A stretch of 32,000 nt of DNA, taken from contig CAYHAA010000003.1 of NCBI GenBank assembly GCA_964354495.1, positions 100,507-132,506 on the forward strand, written 5' to 3'. This DNA is from an uncultured archaeon (GTDB lineage: Archaea > Asgardarchaeota > Thorarchaeia > Thorarchaeales > Thorarchaeaceae). A program made the translations under genes and the position numbers. Of this stretch, positions 18,337 through 26,487 are shown piece by piece; the first letter of the stretch is position 1; the number at the start of each line of letters is the position of its first letter. The notes under the pieces were generated by a model that was not told the origin of the DNA, searched no databases, and worked only from the letters and a program-made list of their open reading frames with translations.

Positions 18337-20076
18337 CTACGAGGGAGTTGTAGTGATAGTGATATCATAGTAATCGCCTGAAAATTCCTCAACCGTGACT
18401 TGTATGTAATATTCTCCTGAATATTGTGCAAAGTATCCAATATATACATAACTTCCGACAAAGCTAAGAGTTAAGAGGTTCATGTTTGCGTCGAATAGTT
18501 TGATACGGAGGACTAAATCAGGATCGCTATAGGCTGTTGCAGTGATGAATAGGCCCGAATAGCAATTGAATTTGTACCAATCTTGGCCTGGAAAATAATT
18601 GCGGTCGCGTACCCAAAGAGGCTCATTAGGATGGCTATATGGATTTAGGGACCATGAGTAACTCAAAACCAAGGGTGCATCCGAACTTGAAGTTGAAATG
18701 TCTGAACTATAGAACGATACTTCATCCCACGCATCAACACGCCCAGTTCCATAATCATTATCAAAGCCTGGATGTGAATCGCCTGGCATATCTGTTGCAC
18801 TTGCCATTAGCAATTTCTTTACACGTGGATGAGGATGAGGATCACTAACGGGAACTCTGAGACTATAGTCCTTATCTAGCCACAACGCTGCCAATCCTGC
18901 TACAAAAGGAGTTGCATAGGATGTTCCTGAATCATGATTGTATTGATTTGTTGTTCCAGCTTCAGCCGCTATTATTTCATATCCTGATGCTAGTATGTCG
19001 GGTTTAATCCTACCATCATCACAAGGTCCTCGACTAGACCAACTAGCCAACGACCATTCACCTGCCCTAGGATCTATCGCTGCCCCAACTGTAATGGCAT
19101 ACTTAGCTGTCCCAGGGGGGGTTATTGTGCCCTCATCCTGACCAGAATTTCCAGCTGCTACACATACGACCAAACCATAATTCTCTACGAGCCAATCGAC
19201 AAACATGGCTTGTATGTCATATTCTCCAAAATGCTCAGGATTAGAAACACCCCACGAGCAACTCACAATCTCGATTCCGTATGCATAGCTATTCTCAGCT
19301 ACCCATTCTAGAGCCTCAATTGCATCTGATATATCATAATGTCCTGTAAAATCCATCATTTTTACTCCGACGAGGGCGGCATGCCTTGCGACACCACGAA
19401 AGGCTGGATTAGCATCACCGCTTCCAGCAGCTATACTAGCACAACGAGTACCATGTCCGTTATCATCATAAGCAGTAGAATGTTTCTTTCCTTCCCAATC
19501 GCCGCAAATATCTACCCACTTAATGACTTTATTACCATCTAGATCTTGGTGTTCTATGTCTATCCCTGTATCAAGAATAGCGATAACTATGTCATCCCTA
19601 GAATAGCTAGTCTTTGATCCATCCTTGTCGCCATCAATACTTGGGTCCTGTTGAGTCCAAACGTCCACATGAGTATATAGCCTCGCGGCATCGAGACAGG
19701 CTGAACCTCTTGAATTCATATCGATTCTTGTTACAAACGGCAGCTCGGCTAATCTCAATATTGCATTAGATGGAATATTAGCTCTAAACCCCCCCAGAGC
19801 AGGCCAAACATCTGTTATTATCATATCTGGGCTATGATTGTTAGCTTCATTTGCGTAATCAGGTTCACTTTTTTTATCACATGCAACTAAGATATCAATC
19901 ACTCTGTCATCTAACTGGTCATTATTGATATTTGATATCAGACTTCGTCCAAGTTTGGATACGATCTCATAGGATAGTTCACTATTCGTTTCAATTGTGG
20001 GTTGATCAATGACAATTGCGCATAAACCAAGCAAAACTAACCATACTAGTATTAGTCCGGTCAACTCTCTTTTCAA
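18337..20076 (-). CDS. Secreted subtilisin-like S8 serine protease with propeptide and C-terminal beta-sandwich (PPC-like)
   Basis: Catalytic triad motifs IAILDTGID, DDNGHGT and SGTSYATPFVAG, oxyanion VAAGN, and a signal peptide. TTG start with AAGGAGGGAG upstream. Confidence 0.92.
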   Translation of the reverse strand: MKRELTGLILVWLVLLGLCAIVIDQPTIETNSELSYEIVSKLGRSLISNINNDQLDDRVIDILVACDKKSEPDYANEANNHSPDMIITDVWPALGGFRANIPSNAILRLAELPFVTRIDMNSRGSACLDAARLYTHVDVWTQQDPSIDGDKDGSKTSYSRDDIVIAILDTGIDIEHQDLDGNKVIKWVDICGDWEGKKHSTAYDDNGHGTRCASIAAGSGDANPAFRGVARHAALVGVKMMDFTGHYDISDAIEALEWVAENSYAYGIEIVSCSWGVSNPEHFGEYDIQAMFVDWLVENYGLVVCVAAGNSGQDEGTITPPGTAKYAITVGAAIDPRAGEWSLASWSSRGPCDDGRIKPDILASGYEIIAAEAGTTNQYNHDSGTSYATPFVAGLAALWLDKDYSLRVPVSDPHPHPRVKKLLMASATDMPGDSHPGFDNDYGTGRVDAWDEVSFYSSDISTSSSDAPLVLSYSWSLNPYSHPNEPLWVRDRNYFPGQDWYKFNCYSGLFITATAYSDPDLVLRIKLFDANMNLLTLSFVGSYVYIGYFAQYSGEYYIQVTVEEFSGDYYDITITTTPS

Positions 20077-20077
20077 A

Positions 20078-20150
20078 CCACTCCCTCCTTATGATGAGTC
20101 ACATCATAATCTCATGAATCTATTGAATATGTTTTATATAAATTTATCCA
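20078..20150 (-). promoter_or_regulatory. Candidate archaeal TATA box and ribosome-binding site for the protease gene
   Basis: Minus strand reads GGATAAATTTATATAAAAC (about 20149-20131; purine-rich stretch then TTTATATA). A purine-rich AAGGAGGGAGTGG lies at 20090-20078, just before TTG 20076. Confidence 0.55.
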
Positions 20151-20517
20151 ACAAGGATTGTTGGCTATTCCGATATTAGTACTCCTTCTTTCATCATGAT
20201 TGATGGCGAACGATTTGCCGAATTGATGAATGGGAACAATGTTTGTGTAGTCACAGAATAATAGCACAAACCGAAATGTCCTGATATTGAGTGCTTTGAG
20301 GAGTAGCCACTGGCCCGGACTGATGGCTTTGTTTCGTTTCCCATCATAGAGGATTCTGAATATTATCATCCTTTATAATTCCCAAATTTCATCATAGAAA
20401 AAGCGCAAATTACAATAGTCGAATGTTAACGAGAATGTAAAGAACTAGATACTTAGGAAAGTACAGATTGCCTAGCGGTAAGGAACTACGAATAAGGGAT
20501 TAATACTCATACTGTTT

Positions 20518-21264
20518 CTACATGGTTTCAAGTGCTCGAACCAGTTCCGTAACCCTTGGTTTCGCAAAACTCAAGGCATTAGTTCCTGAACCGTACATTT
20601 GCTTATAGTCGTTCTCTCGGTATTGTCTATCGATACTTGCAGGAACTCGGATTATATCTCGCGTGGAGTCTGCCAAATGCATTGAAACCCATTTATATCT
20701 ATCACAAGCAACACTATACTTGTTGCTCAAGATTGAACGTAGATATGCTTCTTTTTGTCCTATTTTTTTGTCAAGTAGCAGTTGTTCAGCAAAGAAGATT
20801 GTCTTTAGTGAACTGAATATTCTGAAACAGCAACCTGTGAATTCTGCCCTTGCGTCAAGTAATCTACAAGACTCCTCGAGATCTTCAATACACTTCCATA
20901 GTAAACTCGTCGCCATATTAGGAATTAGCTTCACCTGAGTCCAAGATTCAGGTCCATGTAGAATCTCATAGTCTTTTAACGCACTCCAAAGAAAGAAGTT
21001 ATCTTTTCCTACTTTCGCTTTCATATATTCGGCTTCACTATATATTTTGCAGTCAAAGGAATTTTCACTAGTCTTACAGTTGTGCAACTGAACGATTTTT
21101 CGAACTTGACTTATGGATACATCATCATCCGTGATAATCACCAAATCGATATCGCTATCAGAAGTTTCACACCCCTTTGCCCAGCTTCCAACCAATATTA
21201 TGGACTTACATAATAGTAGAGCTTGCTCTATGAATGAATATAGCCTTGTTTTTTTGTTCTTCAT
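20518..21264 (-). CDS. Minimal-nucleotidyltransferase (Pol-beta/KNTase-like) domain fused to a helical, possibly HEPN-like, C-terminal domain
   Basis: IILVGSWAKG...SDSDIDLVII (GS and DxD motifs). The helical C-terminal half contains RYKWVSMH (R-x6-H). Confidence 0.75.
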   Translation of the reverse strand: MKNKKTRLYSFIEQALLLCKSIILVGSWAKGCETSDSDIDLVIITDDDVSISQVRKIVQLHNCKTSENSFDCKIYSEAEYMKAKVGKDNFFLWSALKDYEILHGPESWTQVKLIPNMATSLLWKCIEDLEESCRLLDARAEFTGCCFRIFSSLKTIFFAEQLLLDKKIGQKEAYLRSILSNKYSVACDRYKWVSMHLADSTRDIIRVPASIDRQYRENDYKQMYGSGTNALSFAKPRVTELVRALETM

Positions 21265-21364
21265 TCGTTTCCCTCATGCTTATCTGAATAGGTTTTCACT
21301 CGATTTATATCATTATAAAGTATGATTTCGAGAGTCGCGTACCGTATAGACACAAACTCAAGCG

Positions 21365-21484
21365 GTTATGAAGGGCGAAGATGTCAAGAAGATTGCAGCT
21401 GAGATCGAAGAGTTTCGCAAGGACTATCAGAAGGTGCATTTTGCCTTTGACACTCCAGCCTATGCTCATCTCAGGTTCAAGTGA
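21365..21484 (+). pseudogene. glyA: Headless duplicate of the last ~39 codons of glyA (contains the candidate attR core 21368-21399)
   Basis: Translates to VMKGEDVKKIAAEIEEFRKDYQKVHFAFDTPAYAHLRFK*, versus VMKGEDVKKIAAEVGEFRKNYQKVHFAFDTETPAYAHLRFK* in the full gene. Similarity stops just upstream of about 21361. Confidence 0.92.
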
Positions 21485-21508
21485 GGGCTCGACGGTGCTT
21501 GAGCCCTC
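21483..21508 (+). other. Stem-loop immediately after the glyA-tail stop
   Basis: GAGGGCTC-gacggtgctt-GAGCCCTC is a perfect 8-bp inverted repeat. There is no U-tract, so its function is unclear. Confidence 0.5.
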
Positions 21509-21522
21509 TGCGGGGGTATTCT

Positions 21523-21825
21523 ATGAAGATTGAAGATGCACAGGAAATGATGAGAAGAGTCTATCTTGAAAGGGACAGAGCCAGAGGCGTGAAGGGCACT
21601 CTTCAGAGAACAAAGGAAGAACTTGCAGAGCTTAGCAAGGCAATCCTCAAAGGTGACAATACAGCAGCTTTGGAAGAAGAGGTGGCTGACGTCTTTGCAT
21701 GGCTCTGCTCCCTTGCAAATCTTCTTACTATCGACGTGTCTGAGGCGTTCTACAAGAAGTACACAGATGCTTGTTCCAAGTGCAAGCAGAGTCCATGTTC
21801 TTGTCCGATAGAGCCCAGAGAATGA
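21523..21825 (+). CDS. mazG: MazG-like nucleotide pyrophosphohydrolase with C-terminal Cys cluster (intact copy)
   Basis: EELAEL...EEEVADVFAWL MazG motifs and CSKCKQSPCSCP tail. I chose ATG 21523 over the ORF-track start 21481 because it aligns with the first copy. Confidence 0.88.
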   Translation: MKIEDAQEMMRRVYLERDRARGVKGTLQRTKEELAELSKAILKGDNTAALEEEVADVFAWLCSLANLLTIDVSEAFYKKYTDACSKCKQSPCSCPIEPRE

Positions 21826-22019
21826 TAAGTCATAATGACTCTAGACTCAGCGATGTAAGTTATTGGAGTGTGCCTTGTCTGGATTCAATCAACACGCCCT
21901 TAGTGATGTGATGTCGTACTGGCGCTGTACGATGGATTGATAATATGGACTCTAAGCGTACAGAGTGTGCCTCAATAACGCGGCTATAGCAACTACTCTC
22001 CAACGGTACGTGATGATCG

Positions 22020-22985
22020 ATGATTCGAGTAGAGTCCAAGCAACTTCGTCCAGAAGACTGCAAAATCCTTGCAAGAATCACATCGTCTGCAAGAGAGAAG
22101 ACACCGCTGGAGTCAGGTAAGAGTGTCGAGGAAATCACTGCAGATATTGAGAAAATCTCTTCAAGTGATGAAGTCCAGATACTAGTCGCGCGGGATGATA
22201 ATGGGGTCATTCTTGGCTGGATCTCCTTCTATGTTGGTATTCCGCCCATGGCATTCATAGATGGATTCATGCCCATTGTGGATTCTGAATATGAACCTGA
22301 AAAGACAGCCCTGTCCTTAATTGAGGCCGCAAAGAGGGATATTGTTGGGCGAGGATATACAAGAATAGAGATTGAGATGAAACTTCAAACAGATGCACAC
22401 AGAGCATTATCAAAGGGGTTTGTCAACTGGTATGAAAAATGCGACTTCCGGTTTGCAGCAGAAGAGGCGCATATGAGATCGAATCTCACATCACTAAGCC
22501 TTCCACGCCTCCGTCCGCCCAAGAACTGCACTCTCAGGAAGCTCTCAGAGGTCTCCTACGAACAACTGGAGATAGCGGGATTTCAGACATTTGAGAACAG
22601 CAATGATGACCTGTTTCACTCAGAGAGTCGCGCAGAACAAGAGGTAGAAGTGAAGCATTTCTTTGAAGGGTCTAGACCGTTCATCGAGAATGCTTCATTT
22701 GCTCTTGAGAGAGATAGGAAGATTGTTGGATTCGTCATCACTAGAGTGAGAGATAATGAGGCAGAGATAGGACCAATCGGTCTCATTCCAGAAGCCAGAG
22801 GTCAAGGACTCGCGAGCTATCTGCTAGCCTATGCTCTGAAGAATCTAAGAAGCAGCGGTCTGAAAAGAGCAACTCTTGATATGTCAATAACCAATCTACC
22901 AGCCAAGATACTGTACAAGAAATACGGCTTTGAGGAACTGTACTGCCAACAATTCTATTTCTGGTCAACTGACATTTCTAAGTGA
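22020..22985 (+). CDS. Tandem (two-domain) GNAT-family N-acetyltransferase
   Basis: C-terminal domain has IGPIGLIPEARGQGLASYLL (acetyl-CoA motif A) and N..A..LYKKYGF. The N-terminal domain is a degenerate GNAT ending WYEKCDF. Confidence 0.88.
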   Translation: MIRVESKQLRPEDCKILARITSSAREKTPLESGKSVEEITADIEKISSSDEVQILVARDDNGVILGWISFYVGIPPMAFIDGFMPIVDSEYEPEKTALSLIEAAKRDIVGRGYTRIEIEMKLQTDAHRALSKGFVNWYEKCDFRFAAEEAHMRSNLTSLSLPRLRPPKNCTLRKLSEVSYEQLEIAGFQTFENSNDDLFHSESRAEQEVEVKHFFEGSRPFIENASFALERDRKIVGFVITRVRDNEAEIGPIGLIPEARGQGLASYLLAYALKNLRSSGLKRATLDMSITNLPAKILYKKYGFEELYCQQFYFWSTDISK

Positions 22986-23052
22986 GAAGAGTATGATTTC
23001 TGTTTCATAAAAAGACAGCACTCGATTGCTCTAGTTCAAAGTCAATGTAACA

Positions 23053-26000
23053 TCATTTTCCTTTTCTCCTGCGTATTATTCCGTCAACGCTTTTGGTTGT
23101 TCGAGCTATTTTATACTCGAGCCAAAGCCTCTCTGTTATCTGACCTGGAGAAAGCCCCCGTTCATGCATGGCCATAATCAAGTTAGCTTCATTTGATTGC
23201 ACCTTCTTACGGCTTGTAGAACGTTTCTCTATTATTTTCTGCAGATGATTGTGTCTTTCTTGACGGCTGCTTGCATGTTTGAAAAGAGGAAGAGAGTTTG
23301 CTTTGATAATATCACCATATCGATGGATTACCACTTTTGTTTTATCAATTTTCGAGTCTATATTGAAAGAAGCCAGAAGACGTTTTATGAAATGTTGATT
23401 TGTTTTGGATGCGATACCAACACGGAACGTCTTGAGAGAGGCATAGCCATCGCCATCAGAGAGTCCCTGAACAAAGGCGATACGCCATTCCCTTGGCATT
23501 TCAAGTATCCAATCGGACTGTACTGGAACCTCCTTCTTCTTATCGGAGGGATTCAAGCCAAGCAATGTCTTCTTCAGCCACATTAGAAAAGGGCTTGCTT
23601 CACTTTCCCACACCATGAATTCTCTTAGTTTACCTCTCTTTTTACGACGGCTGTTTTGCCTTCTCTCTGCTGATAGACCAAGCTTTCCTAGTGCATAGCA
23701 AAAAGCATCTCCAAGCTCCGCGCTCCAAGGATATTTCACACTTGCAGAGAGAATGACTTTAGCTGACAAATCAGTGTCGAATTTGAATGTCCCATCGGAG
23801 AAAAGAAGACCAAGAAGATACATTAGAGCAAGGGGCTTTGACACTTTCCCAAATTTCTGTTCGTACTTCTCCATTACTGGAGAATCTAGACTCTTGAGAT
23901 TATCTACCGCTTCAATGAGATCGTCTGGTGATGTAATACCAAGGGGAATCTGCATGAATTCTTCTGGCATGTTGAGCATTGGATTCAATCTGAAAGGCAG
24001 CCACCTCCAACCAGACCTGAGAGGTGTCAATGGAATCGAGGCTGCATATTTCGCATATGTGGGAAATTGTCTGGCATTCAACCATTCAGAAAGTGAACTT
24101 GTGCCAGCTTTTGTCTTTGCTGAGAGTGCCTTTCTTGTTCCACCGCGCACATATTCGTTAAGAAAACGGAAAAAATGTAGAGCATTCTGGATGTTGGTAT
24201 CGTGACTCTTCATTCGTCTTAATTCATCAATATAGTATAGCATCTCAAGGCGACAATTTGCTGCCTCCATACTTGAGACCCCATTAAGCTTGAGTAGAAT
24301 TTCGTTTACGCGACCAATTTTTTCAGATAATGAGGGCTCTTTATTGAGGTAATGGTACAATCTTGGTTTTAGACCTTCGCGAACAATTCTACGCACCCTT
24401 TTTGCAGGGATTTTGAGAGCTTTAGCGAGGCGGTGAATCTCATTACTAGTAATCAGATTTCTTCCATGGAATGCCAGATATACTGCCAAATGAATTTCAA
24501 TGCTTGACATTAGTTTTCGAAGATCACTACGATTTCTAGTTGAAGGATAGTGTGTGCCCAGAAGTGTATCCAATTGCTTACTGGTTTTGATTTCAATTCC
24601 ACCAATTTCTGGAACCCAAATGTTATTGCGATAGATGTTTCGTAGCTTCCTGACTTTTCGAATCAGAACAGGAACTTTCTCGCCACGTAACCATGAGATT
24701 ACTTCCATAATGGGAACATCATATTTCTCGCTGAGTCTTTCGATGTCTTCACGATGGTAGATTTCTCTGCTGTTCTGGAGTCTTACTCCAATCTCCCCTC
24801 GTTTTTTGGCATTCATAATCTCAATCCATGCTCTTGCATCCCTTTTCCACTGTTCAAAGGGAACCATCCGGTCGTCAAGTTCAAGCATAGGGTTATCCTT
24901 TAGAATTGTTTCCAACTCCTCCTTTGTATTTGGAGAATCTAGTTCTGTTTTGTGTCGAACAAGCTCCCAGAATGTCCAGTATGCCTCATGGTTGAGCACA
25001 TTCTTCAGAGCCCGAGGTTCTGCTTCACCATTTGCCCATTGCTCAGCCAACTCAGAATCGATGCCAAGTTCCTCTGCGACTCTCTCTAACTCCTCCTCGC
25101 CTTGCTCATTCAGAGCCATCTTGAACTTGAAAAACCTACGGATTTCCTCCATGACCTCCTCGTCTTCTAATAGGTGCTCCAGTCCGTGCTTTTCGATAAG
25201 CCTCTCAAAGTCATCCTCATCTTCTACAAGGCCACGTAGATACTCTCGAAAAGCCTCTTTCCATTCTTCAGGCATTTCTTCGTACAATTCAAGGAGTCTC
25301 TTCTTCCAGCACTTGTCTTCGACTGACTCTTCTTCACTCTCATCTTTCTTTTCTCTCGTTTCTTCAGGCTGTGAAACTTCGGCATCAACTTCCTTCTCAT
25401 TGACAACTAGGTGTTCTATCTCAGTAGATTGGCACTTCTCTGAAGATTCCGATGTTTTCTCATCAGCACAAGATTCATCATGCACTCTCTCGGGGTGAAT
25501 CTTCACCGTTTTTCCTGTTTCTTTTTCATTACAACCAGTTTCTACTAGCTCCTCATGCTCTTCCGATGAAATGCTTCCTTCAGGAAGATCTTTGATTGCC
25601 TCATCTCGAGGTGTGGTTTTCTCTTGGACACTCTCATCAGATGGCTCCCTTGCTTTCGAGTGTTCTTGTGTTTCGGGTGAGCCTTCAGTTTCTTTTTCTT
25701 GATGTGGGACATCGGTCTGTGTACTCTCTCCCTTAGGCTCACCTTCTGGTGATTCCATTGTTTCAGTAGCTGTTTCGGCTTGTTCGCTGTTTGGTTCTAG
25801 TTCCGCCTCCGTTGTTGATTCAGCCTCGGGTTTGGTCCTCACCTCGTACATCTGTCCGCTGCCATCATCGTAATGCGACAAGCTCTCAGCAGTGGAACTC
25901 TGACTACTCCGTTCCCCTTCCTCTCCTTCATTATCCGACTCCTGCTCGTTTTTTGACTCTTGAAGGTACTCCTCAATATCCCTGACGAACTGCTCGCGCC

Positions 26001-26487
26001 ACTGCTCCTTTGCATCCTCAGCGTCACCGCCTTTGTCTTCAAGGCTCTCCAGAAACTTTCTCTCCAGATCCTCGTACGAATCATTGTCAGCAAATTCCTC
26101 ACATTCCTCTTGTGTTCGTTCCAAATCCTCTTGCTTCTCAGACTCATGCTCTCTGGACGCTCCTTTCCTTTCCGATAGTTCTTGGATTGCATCTCTGACG
26201 CACTGCTGAGCTTCACCAGGAATCTCTCCATCTCCCTCCATATCCTCATCAGAGGCTGGTTGTTTACGTTCTTTCTCCTCGACATCAGCTCTTGCTTCTT
26301 TCACTACATCTTGAGCTGACATAGGTGGCTCATCTGACTCAGGTGCTTCAGTATCGTCTTCAATCTCACGTCGTAATTCTCTCATCATCTCTTGTGCCGA
26401 TTTGAGCATCTCGTCGGTTTCAGGGGGCTCGTCTGTGTCATGACTCTCGCGTCCTCTCCGATCGTGTTCCCCCCCTTCATGTGTCAT
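23053..26487 (-). CDS. 1144-aa protein: very acidic low-complexity N-terminus, four tandem HTH-containing units, double-motif LAGLIDADG endonuclease-like domain, terminal HTH
   Basis: LAGLIDADG-like helices LMYLLGLLFSDG (about 23786-23826) and IAFVQGLSDGDG (about 23443-23480). HTH-like segments at about 25030-25090, 24665-24745, 24360-24440 and 24055-24135. The first ~430 aa are rich in E/D/S. Confidence 0.8.
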   Translation of the reverse strand: MTHEGGEHDRRGRESHDTDEPPETDEMLKSAQEMMRELRREIEDDTEAPESDEPPMSAQDVVKEARADVEEKERKQPASDEDMEGDGEIPGEAQQCVRDAIQELSERKGASREHESEKQEDLERTQEECEEFADNDSYEDLERKFLESLEDKGGDAEDAKEQWREQFVRDIEEYLQESKNEQESDNEGEEGERSSQSSTAESLSHYDDGSGQMYEVRTKPEAESTTEAELEPNSEQAETATETMESPEGEPKGESTQTDVPHQEKETEGSPETQEHSKAREPSDESVQEKTTPRDEAIKDLPEGSISSEEHEELVETGCNEKETGKTVKIHPERVHDESCADEKTSESSEKCQSTEIEHLVVNEKEVDAEVSQPEETREKKDESEEESVEDKCWKKRLLELYEEMPEEWKEAFREYLRGLVEDEDDFERLIEKHGLEHLLEDEEVMEEIRRFFKFKMALNEQGEEELERVAEELGIDSELAEQWANGEAEPRALKNVLNHEAYWTFWELVRHKTELDSPNTKEELETILKDNPMLELDDRMVPFEQWKRDARAWIEIMNAKKRGEIGVRLQNSREIYHREDIERLSEKYDVPIMEVISWLRGEKVPVLIRKVRKLRNIYRNNIWVPEIGGIEIKTSKQLDTLLGTHYPSTRNRSDLRKLMSSIEIHLAVYLAFHGRNLITSNEIHRLAKALKIPAKRVRRIVREGLKPRLYHYLNKEPSLSEKIGRVNEILLKLNGVSSMEAANCRLEMLYYIDELRRMKSHDTNIQNALHFFRFLNEYVRGGTRKALSAKTKAGTSSLSEWLNARQFPTYAKYAASIPLTPLRSGWRWLPFRLNPMLNMPEEFMQIPLGITSPDDLIEAVDNLKSLDSPVMEKYEQKFGKVSKPLALMYLLGLLFSDGTFKFDTDLSAKVILSASVKYPWSAELGDAFCYALGKLGLSAERRQNSRRKKRGKLREFMVWESEASPFLMWLKKTLLGLNPSDKKKEVPVQSDWILEMPREWRIAFVQGLSDGDGYASLKTFRVGIASKTNQHFIKRLLASFNIDSKIDKTKVVIHRYGDIIKANSLPLFKHASSRQERHNHLQKIIEKRSTSRKKVQSNEANLIMAMHERGLSPGQITERLWLEYKIARTTKSVDGIIRRRKGK

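Larger units (their letters stand above)
15892..21399. mobile_element. Genomic island (~5.5 kb) inserted at the glyA 3' end; no integrase seen
   Basis: Flanked by the duplicated glyA tail and mazG. The cargo is AT-richer: single 60-nt spot counts give about 35% GC at line 19861 versus about 55% at line 8881. All cargo genes are on the minus strand. Confidence 0.7.

Noticed and set aside
20112-20369. Short ORFs between the protease and the nucleotidyltransferase
   Set aside because: They overlap the probable protease promoter and have no recognisable similarity. They may be gene debris, but I cannot support a call.
21319-23000. 11-bp direct repeat AGTATGATTTC at 21319 and 22990
   Set aside because: Many 11-mer matches are expected by chance in 32 kb, and it does not bracket a coherent element.
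23053-24050. LAGLIDADG domain as part of an intein or intron
   Set aside because: I saw no intein N-terminal C/S block or C-terminal HN-[CST] motif, and no interrupted host gene or rRNA/tRNA around it.
26469-26475. G7 tract (minus strand) in the first codons of the LAGLIDADG gene as a phase-variation switch
   Set aside because: The tract is short, the frame is intact, and there is no evidence of length variation without reads.
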